NCBI GenBank assembly: GCA_035569395.1
Contig: DATMNC010000011.1
Span: 67,560-131,559 of the forward strand
DNA length: 64,000 bases
Reading direction: 5' to 3'
DNA from: Thermoanaerobaculia bacterium
Lineage (GTDB): Bacteria > Acidobacteriota > Thermoanaerobaculia > Gp7-AA8
Shown here: piece after piece, positions 9,052 through 19,661 of the stretch
Layout of the letters: every line of letters begins with the position of its first letter
Numbering within the stretch: position 1 is the first letter of the stretch
Position numbers and translations under genes: made by a program
Notes under the pieces: model-generated
Told to the model about the DNA's origin: nothing
What the model saw: the letters and a program-made list of their open reading frames with translations, nothing else
The model's database searches: none

Positions 9052-10063
9052 CCTCCGGTTCGATGACGACGCGCTCGCCGGCGCGCTCCGGGCCGACGAA
9101 GAGCACCGGATGGAGGACCTTCTCCAGGATGGCGCGCAGGGCCCGCGCGCCCAGCTTCTGCCGCAGAGCGGCCTCGGCGATGGCGACGAGCGCGCCGGAC
9201 GAAAACTCGAGCTGGATCTGGTCGAGCGCGCAGAGCCGCTGGTACTCGGGGATCATCGCCTCGCGGGGCTCGGTCAGGATCGTGACCAGATCGCGGGCCG
9301 TCAGCCGGTCGAGCGCGACGTGCACCGGTAGCCGGCCGAGCAGCTCGGGAAGGAAACCGTATCGCACCAGCTCTTCGGTGGTCACTTCCTTCGCCCGCGC
9401 TTCACCGTCGCCGAAGAAACCAATCGGTTTCGTCTCGCTGTTCTCGTCGATGTCGCTGAACGAGCCGGCGCAGATGAAGAGGATGTTGGCGATGTCGATC
9501 TCGGCGTAGTCGTATTTGTTCCAATGCGAGGTCACGTTGAGCGGCACGAAGAGCTTCTCGCCCTCCAGGATCTTGAGCAGCGACTGCTGCACCCCTTCAC
9601 CGCCGATGTCGCGCGAGCCGGCGCCGGTGCGGCTGCCGCCGGAGCGCCGCGCGATCTTGTCGATCTCGTCGATGAAGACGATGCCGTTCTCTGCCGCATC
9701 GACGTTCTGGTTAGTGGCATAGAGCAGCCGGCCGATGGCCACCTCGACGTCTTCCCCGTAGTAGCCGGCCTCGGTGAACGCGGTGGCGTCGTTGTACGCG
9801 AACGGCACATCGAGGACCTTCGCCAGCGTGCGGGCCAAATAAGTCTTCCCGCAGCCCGACGGCCCGATCATCAGAATGTTCGACTTGCGGATCGATACGT
9901 CGCCGCCGAACTTGAGGTACTCGATCCGCTTGAGATGGTTGTACGCGGCGATGGCCAGCACCTCTTTGGCGTGCTTCTGGCCGACGACGTACTGATCGAG
10001 CTGTTCGTAGATGCGCCGCGGAGTGACGTGGAGGAAGCGGTAAGTGTCACGCTTTTCCTTCAT
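9029..10063 (-). CDS. ClpX-family AAA+ ATPase lacking the N-terminal zinc-binding domain
   Basis: Collinear with ClpX: [22 protein letters not shown], Walker [56 protein letters not shown], sensor-2 [10 protein letters not shown]. There is no C4 zinc-finger N-terminus. It overlaps nadK by 23 nt. Confidence 0.75.
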   Translation of the reverse strand: MKEKRDTYRFLHVTPRRIYEQLDQYVVGQKHAKEVLAIAAYNHLKRIEYLKFGGDVSIRKSNILMIGPSGCGKTYLARTLAKVLDVPFAYNDATAFTEAGYYGEDVEVAIGRLLYATNQNVDAAENGIVFIDEIDKIARRSGGSRTGAGSRDIGGEGVQQSLLKILEGEKLFVPLNVTSHWNKYDYAEIDIANILFICAGSFSDIDENSETKPIGFFGDGEARAKEVTTEELVRYGFLPELLGRLPVHVALDRLTARDLVTILTEPREAMIPEYQRLCALDQIQLEFSSGALVAIAEAALRQKLGARALRAILEKVLHPVLFVGPERAGERVVIEPEDVRRAIA

Positions 10064-10122
10064 CGGAGAATGGAAGTATAGCCTCCGTTCATGAACGCTG
10101 TGGAAGACTGGCCGCAGTTTTC

Positions 10123-11943
10123 ATGTGTGGAATCAACGGGATCGTCTCGTTTCATGCCAGCGCACCCCCGATCGACGCCGATGAGTTGACGCGGACGCGT
10201 GAGGCGATGCGGTCGCGCGGTCCCGACGCCGCGGGCACGTGGCTTTCTCCCGATCGTCGCGTTGGATTCGGTCACCGCCGGCTCTCAATCATCGACGTCA
10301 GCGAGCGCGCCAACCAGCCGATGGTCAGCCGCGAAGGGGACGCCGTGCTGATCTTCAACGGGGAGATTTACAACTACGCGGCGCTGCGCGAAGAGCTCGA
10401 GCGCGAGGGCGAACGCTTCGATACCACTTCCGATACCGAGGTCGTGCTGCGGATGTACCGGAAACGGGGCCAGGCCATGCTGCCTCAATTGCGCGGCATG
10501 TTCGCATTCGCCATCTGGGATGCGCGCACGAACACGCTCTTCCTGGCGCGCGATCCCTACGGCATCAAGCCGCTGTACTACGCGAATGACGGGAAGACCT
10601 TCCGCTTCGCCTCGCAGGTGAAGGCGATTCTGGCCGGTGGCGCCGTCTCTACGTCACGCGACCCCGCCGGCATCGTCGGCTTTCTTCTCCGCGGCCACGT
10701 GCCGGAGCCATTCACGATCTATGAGGCCATCCGCGAGCTTCCGGCGGGAAGCTCGATGGTGGTGACGCGCGACGGCGCTTCCGCACCGCGCTCCTATTTC
10801 TCTCTCGCCACCGTGCTCCGCGACGCGGTGAACGAGCATCGCCGCTACAGCGACGGCGAGCGGGCGGAGATCATTGCCCGCGCCGTGCGGGAGTCGGTTC
10901 GCTACCACCTCGTCTCGGATGTCCCGGTCGGCGCGTTTCTCTCCGCCGGTCGCGACTCCGGCACCATCGTCGCCCTGGCCAGCGAGAGCGGGATTCCCCT
11001 GCAGACAGTGACTCTCCGCTTCGAGGAGTACGCCGGCACACACAAAGACGAGGCGCCCCTGGCCGCGGTGACCGCGCGGGCGTACGGAACCGTTCATCAG
11101 ACGCAAACTCTCTCGGCCGAGATGTTTCGCCGCTCGTTGCCGCACGCGCTCGAGGCGATGGATCAGCCCTCGCTCGACGGCCTCAACTCGTACTTCGTCT
11201 GCAAAGCGGCGGCGGAGCTGGGATGGAAGGTGGCGCTGTCGGGCACCGGCGGTGATGAGCTGTTCGGCGGCTATTCGACGTTTCGCATCATTCCGCGGTT
11301 CATCCGAACCTTCGGAGTCTTCCGGCACATGCCGGCGCTGGCGAACGCGTTCACGCGAATGCAGCCACGCATGGCCAGAAACGGGGCTCGCTTCAGTCCG
11401 AAGACAGCTTATACGCTGAAGTACTGCACCTCGTATGAAGGCGCCTACTTGATGAAGCGAGGCCACTTTCTCCCGGATGACGTCAGCTCCGTCGTCGGCG
11501 AGGAGATGGCGCGCGAAGGGCTGAAGCGTCTGGGCATCATGGAGATCATTCGCGAGGCCATCACCCCCGACCCGGGAACGCCCTTCACCCGCGTCGCGGC
11601 GCTGGAGTCGTCGCTTTTTCTGAGAAGCCAGCTCCTGCGCGACATCGACTGGGCGTCGATGGCTCATTCGCTGGAGGTGCGAGTGCCCCTCGTCGATGCC
11701 TTCCTTCTTCGCGAGGTCGCCCCGGCGGTCATTTCGATGTCGGGAAGAAAAGGCAAGGAGCTACTTGCCGCCTCGCCCACGCGACTGCTCCCCGCGGCCA
11801 TCCTCGAGCGGAAAAAAAGCGGCTTCACCGTCCCACTCCGCGACTGGCTGGCCCAGGAGCGCGACGTGACCAAGCATTTCGGTGCACGCCCATGGGCGCT
11901 GCACATCCTCGACGCAGGCGGTCACTTCGCGATAGCGCGATAG
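10123..11943 (+). CDS. asnB: asparagine synthetase (glutamine-hydrolysing)
   Basis: Starts MCGINGIV (N-terminal Cys amidotransferase class II), followed by an Asn_synthase domain (SGGxDS-like LSAGRDSG). Confidence 0.85.
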   Translation: MCGINGIVSFHASAPPIDADELTRTREAMRSRGPDAAGTWLSPDRRVGFGHRRLSIIDVSERANQPMVSREGDAVLIFNGEIYNYAALREELEREGERFDTTSDTEVVLRMYRKRGQAMLPQLRGMFAFAIWDARTNTLFLARDPYGIKPLYYANDGKTFRFASQVKAILAGGAVSTSRDPAGIVGFLLRGHVPEPFTIYEAIRELPAGSSMVVTRDGASAPRSYFSLATVLRDAVNEHRRYSDGERAEIIARAVRESVRYHLVSDVPVGAFLSAGRDSGTIVALASESGIPLQTVTLRFEEYAGTHKDEAPLAAVTARAYGTVHQTQTLSAEMFRRSLPHALEAMDQPSLDGLNSYFVCKAAAELGWKVALSGTGGDELFGGYSTFRIIPRFIRTFGVFRHMPALANAFTRMQPRMARNGARFSPKTAYTLKYCTSYEGAYLMKRGHFLPDDVSSVVGEEMAREGLKRLGIMEIIREAITPDPGTPFTRVAALESSLFLRSQLLRDIDWASMAHSLEVRVPLVDAFLLREVAPAVISMSGRKGKELLAASPTRLLPAAILERKKSGFTVPLRDWLAQERDVTKHFGARPWALHILDAGGHFAIAR

Positions 11944-12017
11944 TGCCGATACACTGAAAAGGAGTTCCGGGGGCGCGGAGGAAGCCAGCGCCGGAGAACC
12001 ACGGAACAGGAGCGTCC

Positions 12018-13766
12018 ATGAACTTCGTGAGCCGGCGACACATTGCGGGCGGGTTGGTGCTGTTTGCAACATTCGCGGTAGCGACGACAGTGGCCGGAGA
12101 GCCGGGGGGCATCGTTGCCGGAAGCGGGGTCATCACAAAGCGTCCGGGAAGCGCCCGGGAGAGTCAGGTCGACCGTGCGCGAGCCTATTGGAAGACCCTC
12201 AACCTGATCGGCTTTCGTGGAGTGGGGCTGCTTGCAAAAGACGGCAAGACAGTGCTCCTCGAAGGCTCCGGTGGGGTAAACCCGACCGCAACATTCAACC
12301 TCGCCTCGATTGCCAAGTCGATCACGGCAATCGCTGTGCTGCGCCTGGCTCACCGCGGCAAGCTGGGGTTGGACGACACGCTCGACCATTTTTTTCCGGA
12401 TGCGCCGGCCGACAAACGAGCCATCACCGTTCATCAACTGCTGACCCACACCGGAGGTCTCGGGAATCCTACTGGAGATACCGCCGAGGGAACCAAGGAC
12501 CGGGGCCAGGCGGTACGGATGATCCTGGCGACAGCGCTTGTCGACAAGCCCGGGCATTCCCACCACTACTCCAACGACGGGTACACCCTGCTGGCGGCGA
12601 TCCTGGAAGTCGCGGCTTCGAAGAGCTGGGAGCAAGTGATCCACGACGAAATCCTCCGGCCGGCAGGAATGCGACACACGTTCTTCCTGGGTGACTCCCT
12701 GCCCAGTGGGCCGTACGCGATCGCCCGAGCCGCGGTCACCGACGGTGAACCCGTGGAGAGCGACGCCAACTGGGGCTCCAAGGGCGGTGCCGGGATTTAC
12801 TCGAACGCTGAGGATCTGCTGCGCTTCATGAACGCCGCCGTGGATGGAACGTTGCTGGGTGCGCAAGGTGCGCGCGAGCTTGGCAAGTCGTATGCCCCGG
12901 AAGGGCAACTGGAGTACTCGCGCGTGTTTAGTCTGGCGAACATCGCCGGCCGCGGACCGCAGTGGGGGCACGGGGGCGCGGATACCGGAAGCGGCCACTA
13001 TTCGGATCTGGTGTACTACCCGAACACGCGGCTCCTCATAGTCATCCTCGGCTTAGACGACGAGGATCTGAAGACCCAGGTCAGCTCTGGACTTAGCAAA
13101 GTCTTGTTCAGGGAGGGAGCCGGCGAAGTGCCGCCGTCGCGCCCAGGCCACCCAGCGGCCTTCCGCGAACGTCTGGAGCTCCGAGGCGGCAGCCTTCTTT
13201 TCACGATCGAACCCGGCGCCGGGCCGGCGTTGCTCCTGCCTCAAAACTCCGACGCGACATCATTCCTTGTAGCGCGGTCGGAGGCGGAGAAGGCGACGCT
13301 GGAAGGGTGCGTCACAGAGACGGGAAAGCTGCTCGAACAAGTCGCGCAGTTAGCCGCGGCCGATGGGGAATTGCCGGACAGCCAGGTCGGTCGAGCGGCC
13401 ACGGCCTGGCGCCAGGCCAACCTTGAAAACGGCCCTGTGAAGAGCACCTTGATCCTGGGAGCAACGCCGAACTGGGTGGATGGCCTCGGTGGGACGCTCT
13501 CCTTCGTTCGCGTCGCGCGCGAGAAGCAAACGAGCGTGTTTCGACTCTACTGGAGTGGGTCAACGTTGCGTGCCCGCGGGGGACAGGTCTACAAGAACCC
13601 CGCACCGCTGCGACTGATCGACTTCGGAGGAGACGAGTACGGCGGCTGGAACCCCGCGATCGGGGTGTACGTCGACCTCCGACTCTCACTCAAAGACGGT
13701 GAGCGACAGGCGATCCTCGAGGCCGGCGGGAAGAGCATCGCGCTGACGGCGTCGTCTCAGCCGTGA
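12018..13766 (+). CDS. serine hydrolase, beta-lactamase/penicillin-binding-protein family, secreted
   Basis: Signal peptide is present; an SxxK motif in NLASIAKSITAIAVLRL and a YSN motif (HHYSNDGY) are typical of class C beta-lactamase-like fold. Confidence 0.75.
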   Translation: MNFVSRRHIAGGLVLFATFAVATTVAGEPGGIVAGSGVITKRPGSARESQVDRARAYWKTLNLIGFRGVGLLAKDGKTVLLEGSGGVNPTATFNLASIAKSITAIAVLRLAHRGKLGLDDTLDHFFPDAPADKRAITVHQLLTHTGGLGNPTGDTAEGTKDRGQAVRMILATALVDKPGHSHHYSNDGYTLLAAILEVAASKSWEQVIHDEILRPAGMRHTFFLGDSLPSGPYAIARAAVTDGEPVESDANWGSKGGAGIYSNAEDLLRFMNAAVDGTLLGAQGARELGKSYAPEGQLEYSRVFSLANIAGRGPQWGHGGADTGSGHYSDLVYYPNTRLLIVILGLDDEDLKTQVSSGLSKVLFREGAGEVPPSRPGHPAAFRERLELRGGSLLFTIEPGAGPALLLPQNSDATSFLVARSEAEKATLEGCVTETGKLLEQVAQLAAADGELPDSQVGRAATAWRQANLENGPVKSTLILGATPNWVDGLGGTLSFVRVAREKQTSVFRLYWSGSTLRARGGQVYKNPAPLRLIDFGGDEYGGWNPAIGVYVDLRLSLKDGERQAILEAGGKSIALTASSQP

Positions 13767-13789
13767 GAGACGGTCGGCAAGCGGCGTCA

Positions 13790-13935
13790 CGGTCTGGTCT
13801 CGCGGTCTCGCGGTGGGAAACGGGTTACCGGGTTGTTGCGTTGCACAGTTGCTGGTTGGCGCCGAGCACCCTGGAAACCCAGTACGCAGCAACCCGACAC
13901 TGCGAGACCGCGCAACCGCGAGACCCCGCAACCCC
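13790..13935. repeat. palindromic repeat element, family 1, copy b
   Basis: The arms are ggtctcgcggtctcgcggtg ... ctgcgagaccgcgcaaccgcgagaccccgcaacc. It starts ~25 bp after the stop codon at 13764-13766. Confidence 0.8.
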
Positions 13936-14190
13936 GCTGTCAAAAAACCTTTCCATCCACGGCCCACTTGACGCAGCGCCGCCAGGCGTTCCCGAGTAAG
14001 CCGCTCCTTTTCAATCAGTTAGCCATTCCGGCACGCTGGCCGTTCGATCGCACTACGCCTCCCGCGAAAGGAGGTGGTGCTAACGGAGAGAGCCAATTCC
14101 AACTGATGCAGAGGATCAAAGGTCCTCGTGTGGGAAACAGCCAAAACAACGAAACGCGTCAACGGTCAACGAAAAAGACAACCAACGAAT

Positions 14191-14601
14191 ATGGAGAAGA
14201 AGACCATGCGGAAGTCCCACCTCATCGTCCTCGCAGTCATTCTGATCGCCACCATTTCCAACGCCTCCATGGCCGCCGAAGCCCAGCCGGCTCCGGCATC
14301 GACACCGGCCGGCGTCGTCAACATCAACACCGCGGACGCCACGCAACTGGCCATGCTTCCGCGCGTCGGAGCAAAGGCCGCGCAGCGGATCGCTGACTAT
14401 CGCAAGGAGCACGGCAACTTCAAGAAGACCTCCGACCTGATGCAGGTCAAAGGCTTCGGCGAGAAGTCGTTCGAGCGCCTGGCTGCCTTGCTCACCGTCG
14501 ACGGCAAGACCACGCTCACCACGAAGGTCCACACCACCCGCGCCGGCAAGTCGTCCAAGTCGTCGAAGAAGCCCTCATCGCCCACCCCCGCGGCGCGATA
14601 A
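14191..14601 (+). CDS. comEA: ComEA-like helix-hairpin-helix DNA-binding protein (competence protein)
   Basis: Signal/TM N-terminus, then VVNINTADATQLAMLPRVGAKAAQRIADYRKEHGNFKKTSDLMQVKGFGEKSFERL, which matches the ComEA HhH consensus. Confidence 0.8.
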   Translation: MEKKTMRKSHLIVLAVILIATISNASMAAEAQPAPASTPAGVVNINTADATQLAMLPRVGAKAAQRIADYRKEHGNFKKTSDLMQVKGFGEKSFERLAALLTVDGKTTLTTKVHTTRAGKSSKSSKKPSSPTPAAR

Positions 14602-14605
14602 CGCG

Positions 14606-14660
14606 CCGTCCCTCCAAAAGGCCGCCTCGCGCAAGCGAGGCGGCCGTCTTGGAAGGGACC
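14606..14660 (+). terminator. strong GC hairpin downstream of comEA (terminator / RNA-stability element, no U-run)
   Basis: Perfect 11-bp stem ggccgcctcgc-gcaa-gcgaggcggcc, extended by ccctccaaaag/tcttggaaggg. Confidence 0.4.
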
Positions 14661-14755
14661 GGTGGATTCGTAGATCAGTGGATTAGTGGATTTTGCAGAC
14701 CACCGCGTTCTCCAACCACTAATCCACTAATCCACTCGATTCACCCAATCCACTG
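14660..14755. repeat. palindromic repeat element, family 2 (termini CAGTGGATTAGTGGATT / AATCCACTAATCCACTG), copy a
   Basis: Left arm ggtggattcgtagatcagtggattagtggatt, right arm aaccactaatccactaatccactcg...aatccactg. Related copies are at 53207 and 59100. Confidence 0.8.
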
Positions 14756-14784
14756 CTTCACCGAAAGGAGAACGTGTGTCCCGA

Positions 14785-16503
14785 CTACATCCCGCTCCGC
14801 CGCACGACCAGCCGCTGTGCCTCGTAGGTCTGCACCAGCGACAACGGATTCGACCGCAGCAACTCTTCGGAGAAGGCTTCCGACAGCACGCTGCCGTCCA
14901 TGTCGCGCCCGACCGGCAGGCCGGCCAGGTAGAGCACCGTCGGGACGATATCGACCGCGAGCGCGGAACGCGGCTTCTCGCTGTGGACGACGCCGGTGCC
15001 ACGGATGAGCACGAAGCCATCGTCGGCGCTCGGATCGGCGGGATCGATGAAGTCGTGCAGCAGCGCGTATGGCGTGGCCGGAAGCTGCGGCGGGACCGGG
15101 CCGGAGGGCGAGACGACGACGATCATGTGATTCGGGTAGTCGCGCGCCAGCGACGTGAGCATCCGGTCGATCTGCTCGGCATAGGCACGCAGCACCAGCC
15201 CCTTCACCGTCGAGCGCGCCGGCAGGTCGTTACTGAAGATGTGGATGGCACGCTGGGCCTGCTCAAAGCCGCCGAGCGTACAGACCGTGAGCGGAAAAAC
15301 CGGAGCCGAGCGGCGGAGGATGGCCATCGAGGTCAGATCGGCGGTCAGCCCGTTCACGATCCGCTGCCGGGCGTTGCCGGTACCGTTGAAACGCTGTGTC
15401 TCAGACTCGGGCGGCGCGGTCTCGAGCTTCGCGATTTCCGCGGCGAATTGGGCCGGAGCGACATCGCCCGGACTGTGCGCCGGATTCTCGAAGTAGCGGT
15501 CGGTGACGACGCGCGCCGCACCGATCGGTTCCGACCACGGCCAGCCGATCACGGCCGCGTGCAGGCCGAGCCTCTCGAAGAGAGTCCAGAGCGGCAGAGC
15601 CAGACCGGAGGGGAGCGGCGTCGAAACGCGCGTCACCGGCGGAATCAGGCCCCAGGCTTTGAAGCCGACGCCGGCCGGAATGATCAGGAATCGCTCGCCG
15701 GCGCGGTTCAACGGCGTCTGGTAGCCGAGCCTGCCGGTCACCCCGTGCCGGAACGGCAGCTTCCCGGTGGCAACGGACGCCCAGAGCGATTTGGGGCTGA
15801 TCGTCGGGAACGGCTCGAGCCGCGTGAAATAGCCGTGCGTCCTGGCCTGCTCGAAGAACGGCAGCGAGCCTTCGCCGGCCAGGGTCAGGATCCAGTCGTA
15901 CGGAAGATTGCGGATGGCCACGACGATGACCGGCCGCTGCCCGGCCACCGTTCCGATTTCCGCCACCACCACGGCGTGCTCCTCAGTGCGATAGCTGTCG
16001 CGGCGCTGGAACAGGAAGACCGAAGAGACCGCGACCACCACGACGCCGATGACGACGAGGATGCGCGAGACCCTGCGGTCAGCGTTGCGCTCGGCGAACC
16101 AGATCATCAGCAAAACGAACGATGTGGCCGTGATGAGGTTCGTCGCCTTCGACAAAACCCGGACCGCGCCGATGGGGAGAAAGTTCCCCCGGAACACCTC
16201 CAGGTGCATCCAGTAGATGGCCGCGGCGAAGAACGCGGCCAGGACGACGAAGCCGAAGCCGTGTGGCCGGAAGCCGCCGTCCGCTTCCGGTTTGCCGAGG
16301 AGGCGAACGCGCAGTACGCGAAGAGACCAGAGCGCGGTTCCGAACAGCAGCCCGCAGATCAGGCCGTAGACGATGGTGACCGTTGCGAGGCGACCGGGCG
16401 TGATGTCGATCTGCGGATTCAGAAAGTAGAGAAGATTGGCGATGTAGAGGCCGAAGATCGCGCCCGCGAGCACGCGCTTGATGTACGCCCAGCGTATCGG
16501 CAT
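14785..16503 (-). CDS. membrane-anchored alkaline-phosphatase-superfamily protein (type I phosphodiesterase/nucleotide pyrophosphatase-like)
   Basis: About 170 aa of N-terminal TM helices, followed by VAIRNLPYDW...PTISPKSLWASVATGKLPFRHG and later HMIVVVSPSGP, typical of an AlkP-like metal-binding core. Confidence 0.6.
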   Translation of the reverse strand: MPIRWAYIKRVLAGAIFGLYIANLLYFLNPQIDITPGRLATVTIVYGLICGLLFGTALWSLRVLRVRLLGKPEADGGFRPHGFGFVVLAAFFAAAIYWMHLEVFRGNFLPIGAVRVLSKATNLITATSFVLLMIWFAERNADRRVSRILVVIGVVVVAVSSVFLFQRRDSYRTEEHAVVVAEIGTVAGQRPVIVVAIRNLPYDWILTLAGEGSLPFFEQARTHGYFTRLEPFPTISPKSLWASVATGKLPFRHGVTGRLGYQTPLNRAGERFLIIPAGVGFKAWGLIPPVTRVSTPLPSGLALPLWTLFERLGLHAAVIGWPWSEPIGAARVVTDRYFENPAHSPGDVAPAQFAAEIAKLETAPPESETQRFNGTGNARQRIVNGLTADLTSMAILRRSAPVFPLTVCTLGGFEQAQRAIHIFSNDLPARSTVKGLVLRAYAEQIDRMLTSLARDYPNHMIVVVSPSGPVPPQLPATPYALLHDFIDPADPSADDGFVLIRGTGVVHSEKPRSALAVDIVPTVLYLAGLPVGRDMDGSVLSEAFSEELLRSNPLSLVQTYEAQRLVVRRSGM

Positions 16504-16538
16504 GTCGGCGTGCGCAGTGTATCGCGCGGAGGCGCGGC

Positions 16539-19500
16539 ATGATCACCGCCGAGCGCCTTCAGGGCTGCTGTTCCAGCGACGACGCCTTCACCCTCCTCCG
16601 CGACCTCGGCTACGGCGTCTCGCCGATCGCCATCGCGGCGGCCGGCTGGCGACGCGCCGGGATCGAGATCCCGTGGAGCGACAAGGTCGCACTCCACCTG
16701 GCCGCGCGCACGCCGCAACTCGATGTCTACGTAATCGCCGGTGACGAATTGCCGGACTCCGGCGCCATCACCGCGTTCCTCCGATCGCTGGCCACGTACA
16801 ACGCCCTCGTCAAGCCGGTCGCTCTCGGATTGAGCGCAGGGCGGTTGACGATCCACGATCTCTCTGCCCGCCGCGAGCCGAGACGCCTCGACGTTGATCT
16901 CAATCATCCGACGGCACATGCGCTCGACCGTCTCAATCTTCTCGGCAGCGGCAGCGACCCGCAACGGATCTTCGACCGTGCGCTCGACCGCGAGTCGCTC
17001 ACGCGCCAGTTCTTCGAGCGCTTCCGGCGCGCCGTGCGTGAGGTCTCGCAGACGATCCGCGCCACGGTGCCGGCGGAGCCGCCGGATGCAGCGGACGATC
17101 AGGCGTTGCTTCTCCTCTCCCGGCTCCTCTTTCTCTACTTCATCCAGCAGAAAGGGTGGCTGAACGGGGAGCGCCGCTTCCTCGTCGACCGCATCGAGGC
17201 CGCCGTACGCGATCAACGAGGCGTCTACACCGCACTCTATGAACCGCTCTTCTTTGGATGCCTGAATACCGCCGCGCGCGACCGCGACCGCATCGCGTGC
17301 CGGCTCGGCAGGATTCCGTATCTCAACGGTGGCCTCTTCGAGCCGTCGGCATTCGAAGAGCGCAATCCTGCGCTCACGCTTCCAGACGATCTTCTGCAGC
17401 GCGTCGTCGAAGAGGTATTCGAGAGGTTCGCCTTCTCGATCGACGAATCCGACGCGGCCGGCGCGCATATCGATCCGGAGATGCTCGGCAAAGTCTTCGA
17501 GTCGCTGATGAACACCGACGAGCGGCTATCGACAGGAAGCTTCTACACGCCACGGGCGATCGTCGATGTCCTGGCCGCGCGCGCGATCGTCGCCTGGTTG
17601 AGCGATGGCGACGTCGAGACGGGCGAGATGCTGGAGCGAATCCTTCGGGGAGAGGCTGGGCGGCGTCTTCGCAACGGCGAGGCGCTGGCGAGACGGCTCG
17701 GGTCAATTGCCATCCTCGACCCCGCCTGCGGCTCGGGCGCCTTTCTTCTTTCCGCATTGCGAATCGTCGAGCGCCTGATGACCGCGCTGCATCCGAGCCC
17801 GCCGCCTGACCTTCGCCGCCGCATCGTGGAGCGTTCGCTCTACGGCGTCGATCTGAAGCCGGAAGCCGTACGCCTTTGCGAGCTGCGGCTCTGGCTGGCC
17901 ATCGTGTCGCAAACGGACCAGTCGATCGACAACATCGAGCCGCTGCCGAACCTTGACCGCAACATCCTGCAGGGCAACTCGCTTCTCAGCCCTACCGATT
18001 TTCTCGGCGACAACCGCGCCGACATCTATCGCCAATGGGTCTACGCGCTGCGCGCGCAGTCCGACCTGATCGAACGTTATCGCAACGCGCCGCATCGCGA
18101 GCGCGCACAGGTGGCGCGGCTCATACGAGCGAACGACGGCCGGCTTGCCAGCGAGCTCCTGGCCAAGGCCATCGATCTCGACGAGCTCGAGCAGGAAGAA
18201 CTTTGTGCCCCGCAGCGCGACCTCTTCGGGCGCTTGCGCGAGATGAACATCGAACGCTGCCGCGATCTGCATGAGCGCATCGGTGCGAGCCGCCGGATGC
18301 TCGAACGGATCGAAGACGGCCAGATCGGCTTCTTTTCCTTCGATGTTCACTTCGCGCATGTCATGGCCCGGGGCGGATTCGACGTCGTGATCGGCAATCC
18401 GCCGTGGGTGCGCAACAGCCGCATCGAGCCGCGGGCGAAAAAGATGTACGCCGAGCGCTTCGCCCTCTTCCGAGGCAACGGTGCCGGCGGTGCCGCATTT
18501 CATCAGCCGGACCTCTCCATCGCCTTCGTCGAAAGGGCTCTTTCGCTCATGGCACCCGGCGGAGTGGTGTCGTTGCTCGTTCCTGCCAAGGTGCTCAACT
18601 CCGGCTATGCGGCGCCACTGCGAAGATACGCCGCTTCGGCGGCGAATATCATCGCGCTCGACGACTGGTCGTCCGACGCGAAACGGCACTTCGATGCCGA
18701 TACGTTTCCGCTCGGTATCACGCTCGCTCAACGAAACGGCCGGCCCCGGCGAGCGCGCATCTCCGTCACTTCGGATGGGAAATCGTTTGCTCTCCCGTCG
18801 GCTGCTTTGAGCCTCGGAGGCTCCGAGTGGTCGCTCCTCCCTCCGGATATCCATGCGATCGTGGCACGTATTCACGCCACGCATTCGCCGCTGGCTGAAA
18901 CTCTCGGCCGCACGCCGGTGATGGGCGTGAAGACCGGCGACAACGGCGCCTTCTTTCTCGACGTGAAACGCGTTCGCGCCAAGACGGTCGAAACCACCGA
19001 CGGCCTGCACATTCCGCTCACTGCCGTTTGTCGCTGCGTACGGGGCCGCGACGTACGCCGCTGGCAGGTTGCCGAGCCGGCCTGGATGCTTTGGCCGCCC
19101 GCCGGCGGATGGCGTAAACCGCCCCGCTGGGTGGAGCAACTCGCTGAAGCACGCGGCGTGGAGGCCGGGGCATTGCGGCTGTCGCATGTCCGCCCGGAGC
19201 ACGTCGGCATCAAGGTGGTGTGGAAGGATCTCTCCCGCGGTCTCAACGCCGCCGTGCTCGACGGGACGTTACGCCTCGGCGATCGCGGCATTCCGCTCGT
19301 GCCGAATCAGACGCTCTACGCACTCGATGCCGCGTCGTTCGAAGAAGCCTGCGTCCTGGCGGCGCTTCTGAACTCGACCATCGTCAACGCCCTGGCGATC
19401 GCCATCGCTGAGCGCGCCAAGGACTTCTACTTCCGCTACTTCGGCCGGACGATCGCACGCCTCCCGTTGCCGGCGGTCACACCCTCGAGCGAATCGTGGA

Positions 19501-19661
19501 GACTCCTTCTCCGAGCGGCACGCCGCGCGCGGCGGACTCCGGATGCGGCAGCCGACGCCATCGACGCGACCGTCGCCTCGCTCTACGGCGTCTCCTCGGA
19601 AGAGCACGCGCGCCTCGCCTTCTTCCTTCGCAATCGGCTCGGCATGGACGGCGATGCCTGA
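16539..19661 (+). CDS. N6-adenine DNA methyltransferase, gamma-class, large (1040 aa) with N- and C-terminal extensions (PglX/DrmMI/type IIG-like)
   Basis: Motif order GSFYTPRAIV (X), ILDPACGSGAFLLSAL (I, AdoMet), then VIGNPPWV (IV, NPPW). About 290 aa lie before the MTase core and ~430 aa after it (putative target-recognition region). The TGA stop at 19659-61 overlaps the next ATG. Confidence 0.75.
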   Translation: MITAERLQGCCSSDDAFTLLRDLGYGVSPIAIAAAGWRRAGIEIPWSDKVALHLAARTPQLDVYVIAGDELPDSGAITAFLRSLATYNALVKPVALGLSAGRLTIHDLSARREPRRLDVDLNHPTAHALDRLNLLGSGSDPQRIFDRALDRESLTRQFFERFRRAVREVSQTIRATVPAEPPDAADDQALLLLSRLLFLYFIQQKGWLNGERRFLVDRIEAAVRDQRGVYTALYEPLFFGCLNTAARDRDRIACRLGRIPYLNGGLFEPSAFEERNPALTLPDDLLQRVVEEVFERFAFSIDESDAAGAHIDPEMLGKVFESLMNTDERLSTGSFYTPRAIVDVLAARAIVAWLSDGDVETGEMLERILRGEAGRRLRNGEALARRLGSIAILDPACGSGAFLLSALRIVERLMTALHPSPPPDLRRRIVERSLYGVDLKPEAVRLCELRLWLAIVSQTDQSIDNIEPLPNLDRNILQGNSLLSPTDFLGDNRADIYRQWVYALRAQSDLIERYRNAPHRERAQVARLIRANDGRLASELLAKAIDLDELEQEELCAPQRDLFGRLREMNIERCRDLHERIGASRRMLERIEDGQIGFFSFDVHFAHVMARGGFDVVIGNPPWVRNSRIEPRAKKMYAERFALFRGNGAGGAAFHQPDLSIAFVERALSLMAPGGVVSLLVPAKVLNSGYAAPLRRYAASAANIIALDDWSSDAKRHFDADTFPLGITLAQRNGRPRRARISVTSDGKSFALPSAALSLGGSEWSLLPPDIHAIVARIHATHSPLAETLGRTPVMGVKTGDNGAFFLDVKRVRAKTVETTDGLHIPLTAVCRCVRGRDVRRWQVAEPAWMLWPPAGGWRKPPRWVEQLAEARGVEAGALRLSHVRPEHVGIKVVWKDLSRGLNAAVLDGTLRLGDRGIPLVPNQTLYALDAASFEEACVLAALLNSTIVNALAIAIAERAKDFYFRYFGRTIARLPLPAVTPSSESWRLLLRAARRARRTPDAAADAIDATVASLYGVSSEEHARLAFFLRNRLGMDGDA

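Noticed and set aside
14785-19661. BREX (PglX + PglZ) interpretation of the methyltransferase plus the alkaline-phosphatase-superfamily gene
   Set aside because: The AlkP-like protein has a multi-TM N-terminus, is on the opposite strand, and has LtaS/phosphodiesterase-like architecture rather than PglZ. No BrxA/B/C/L were seen.
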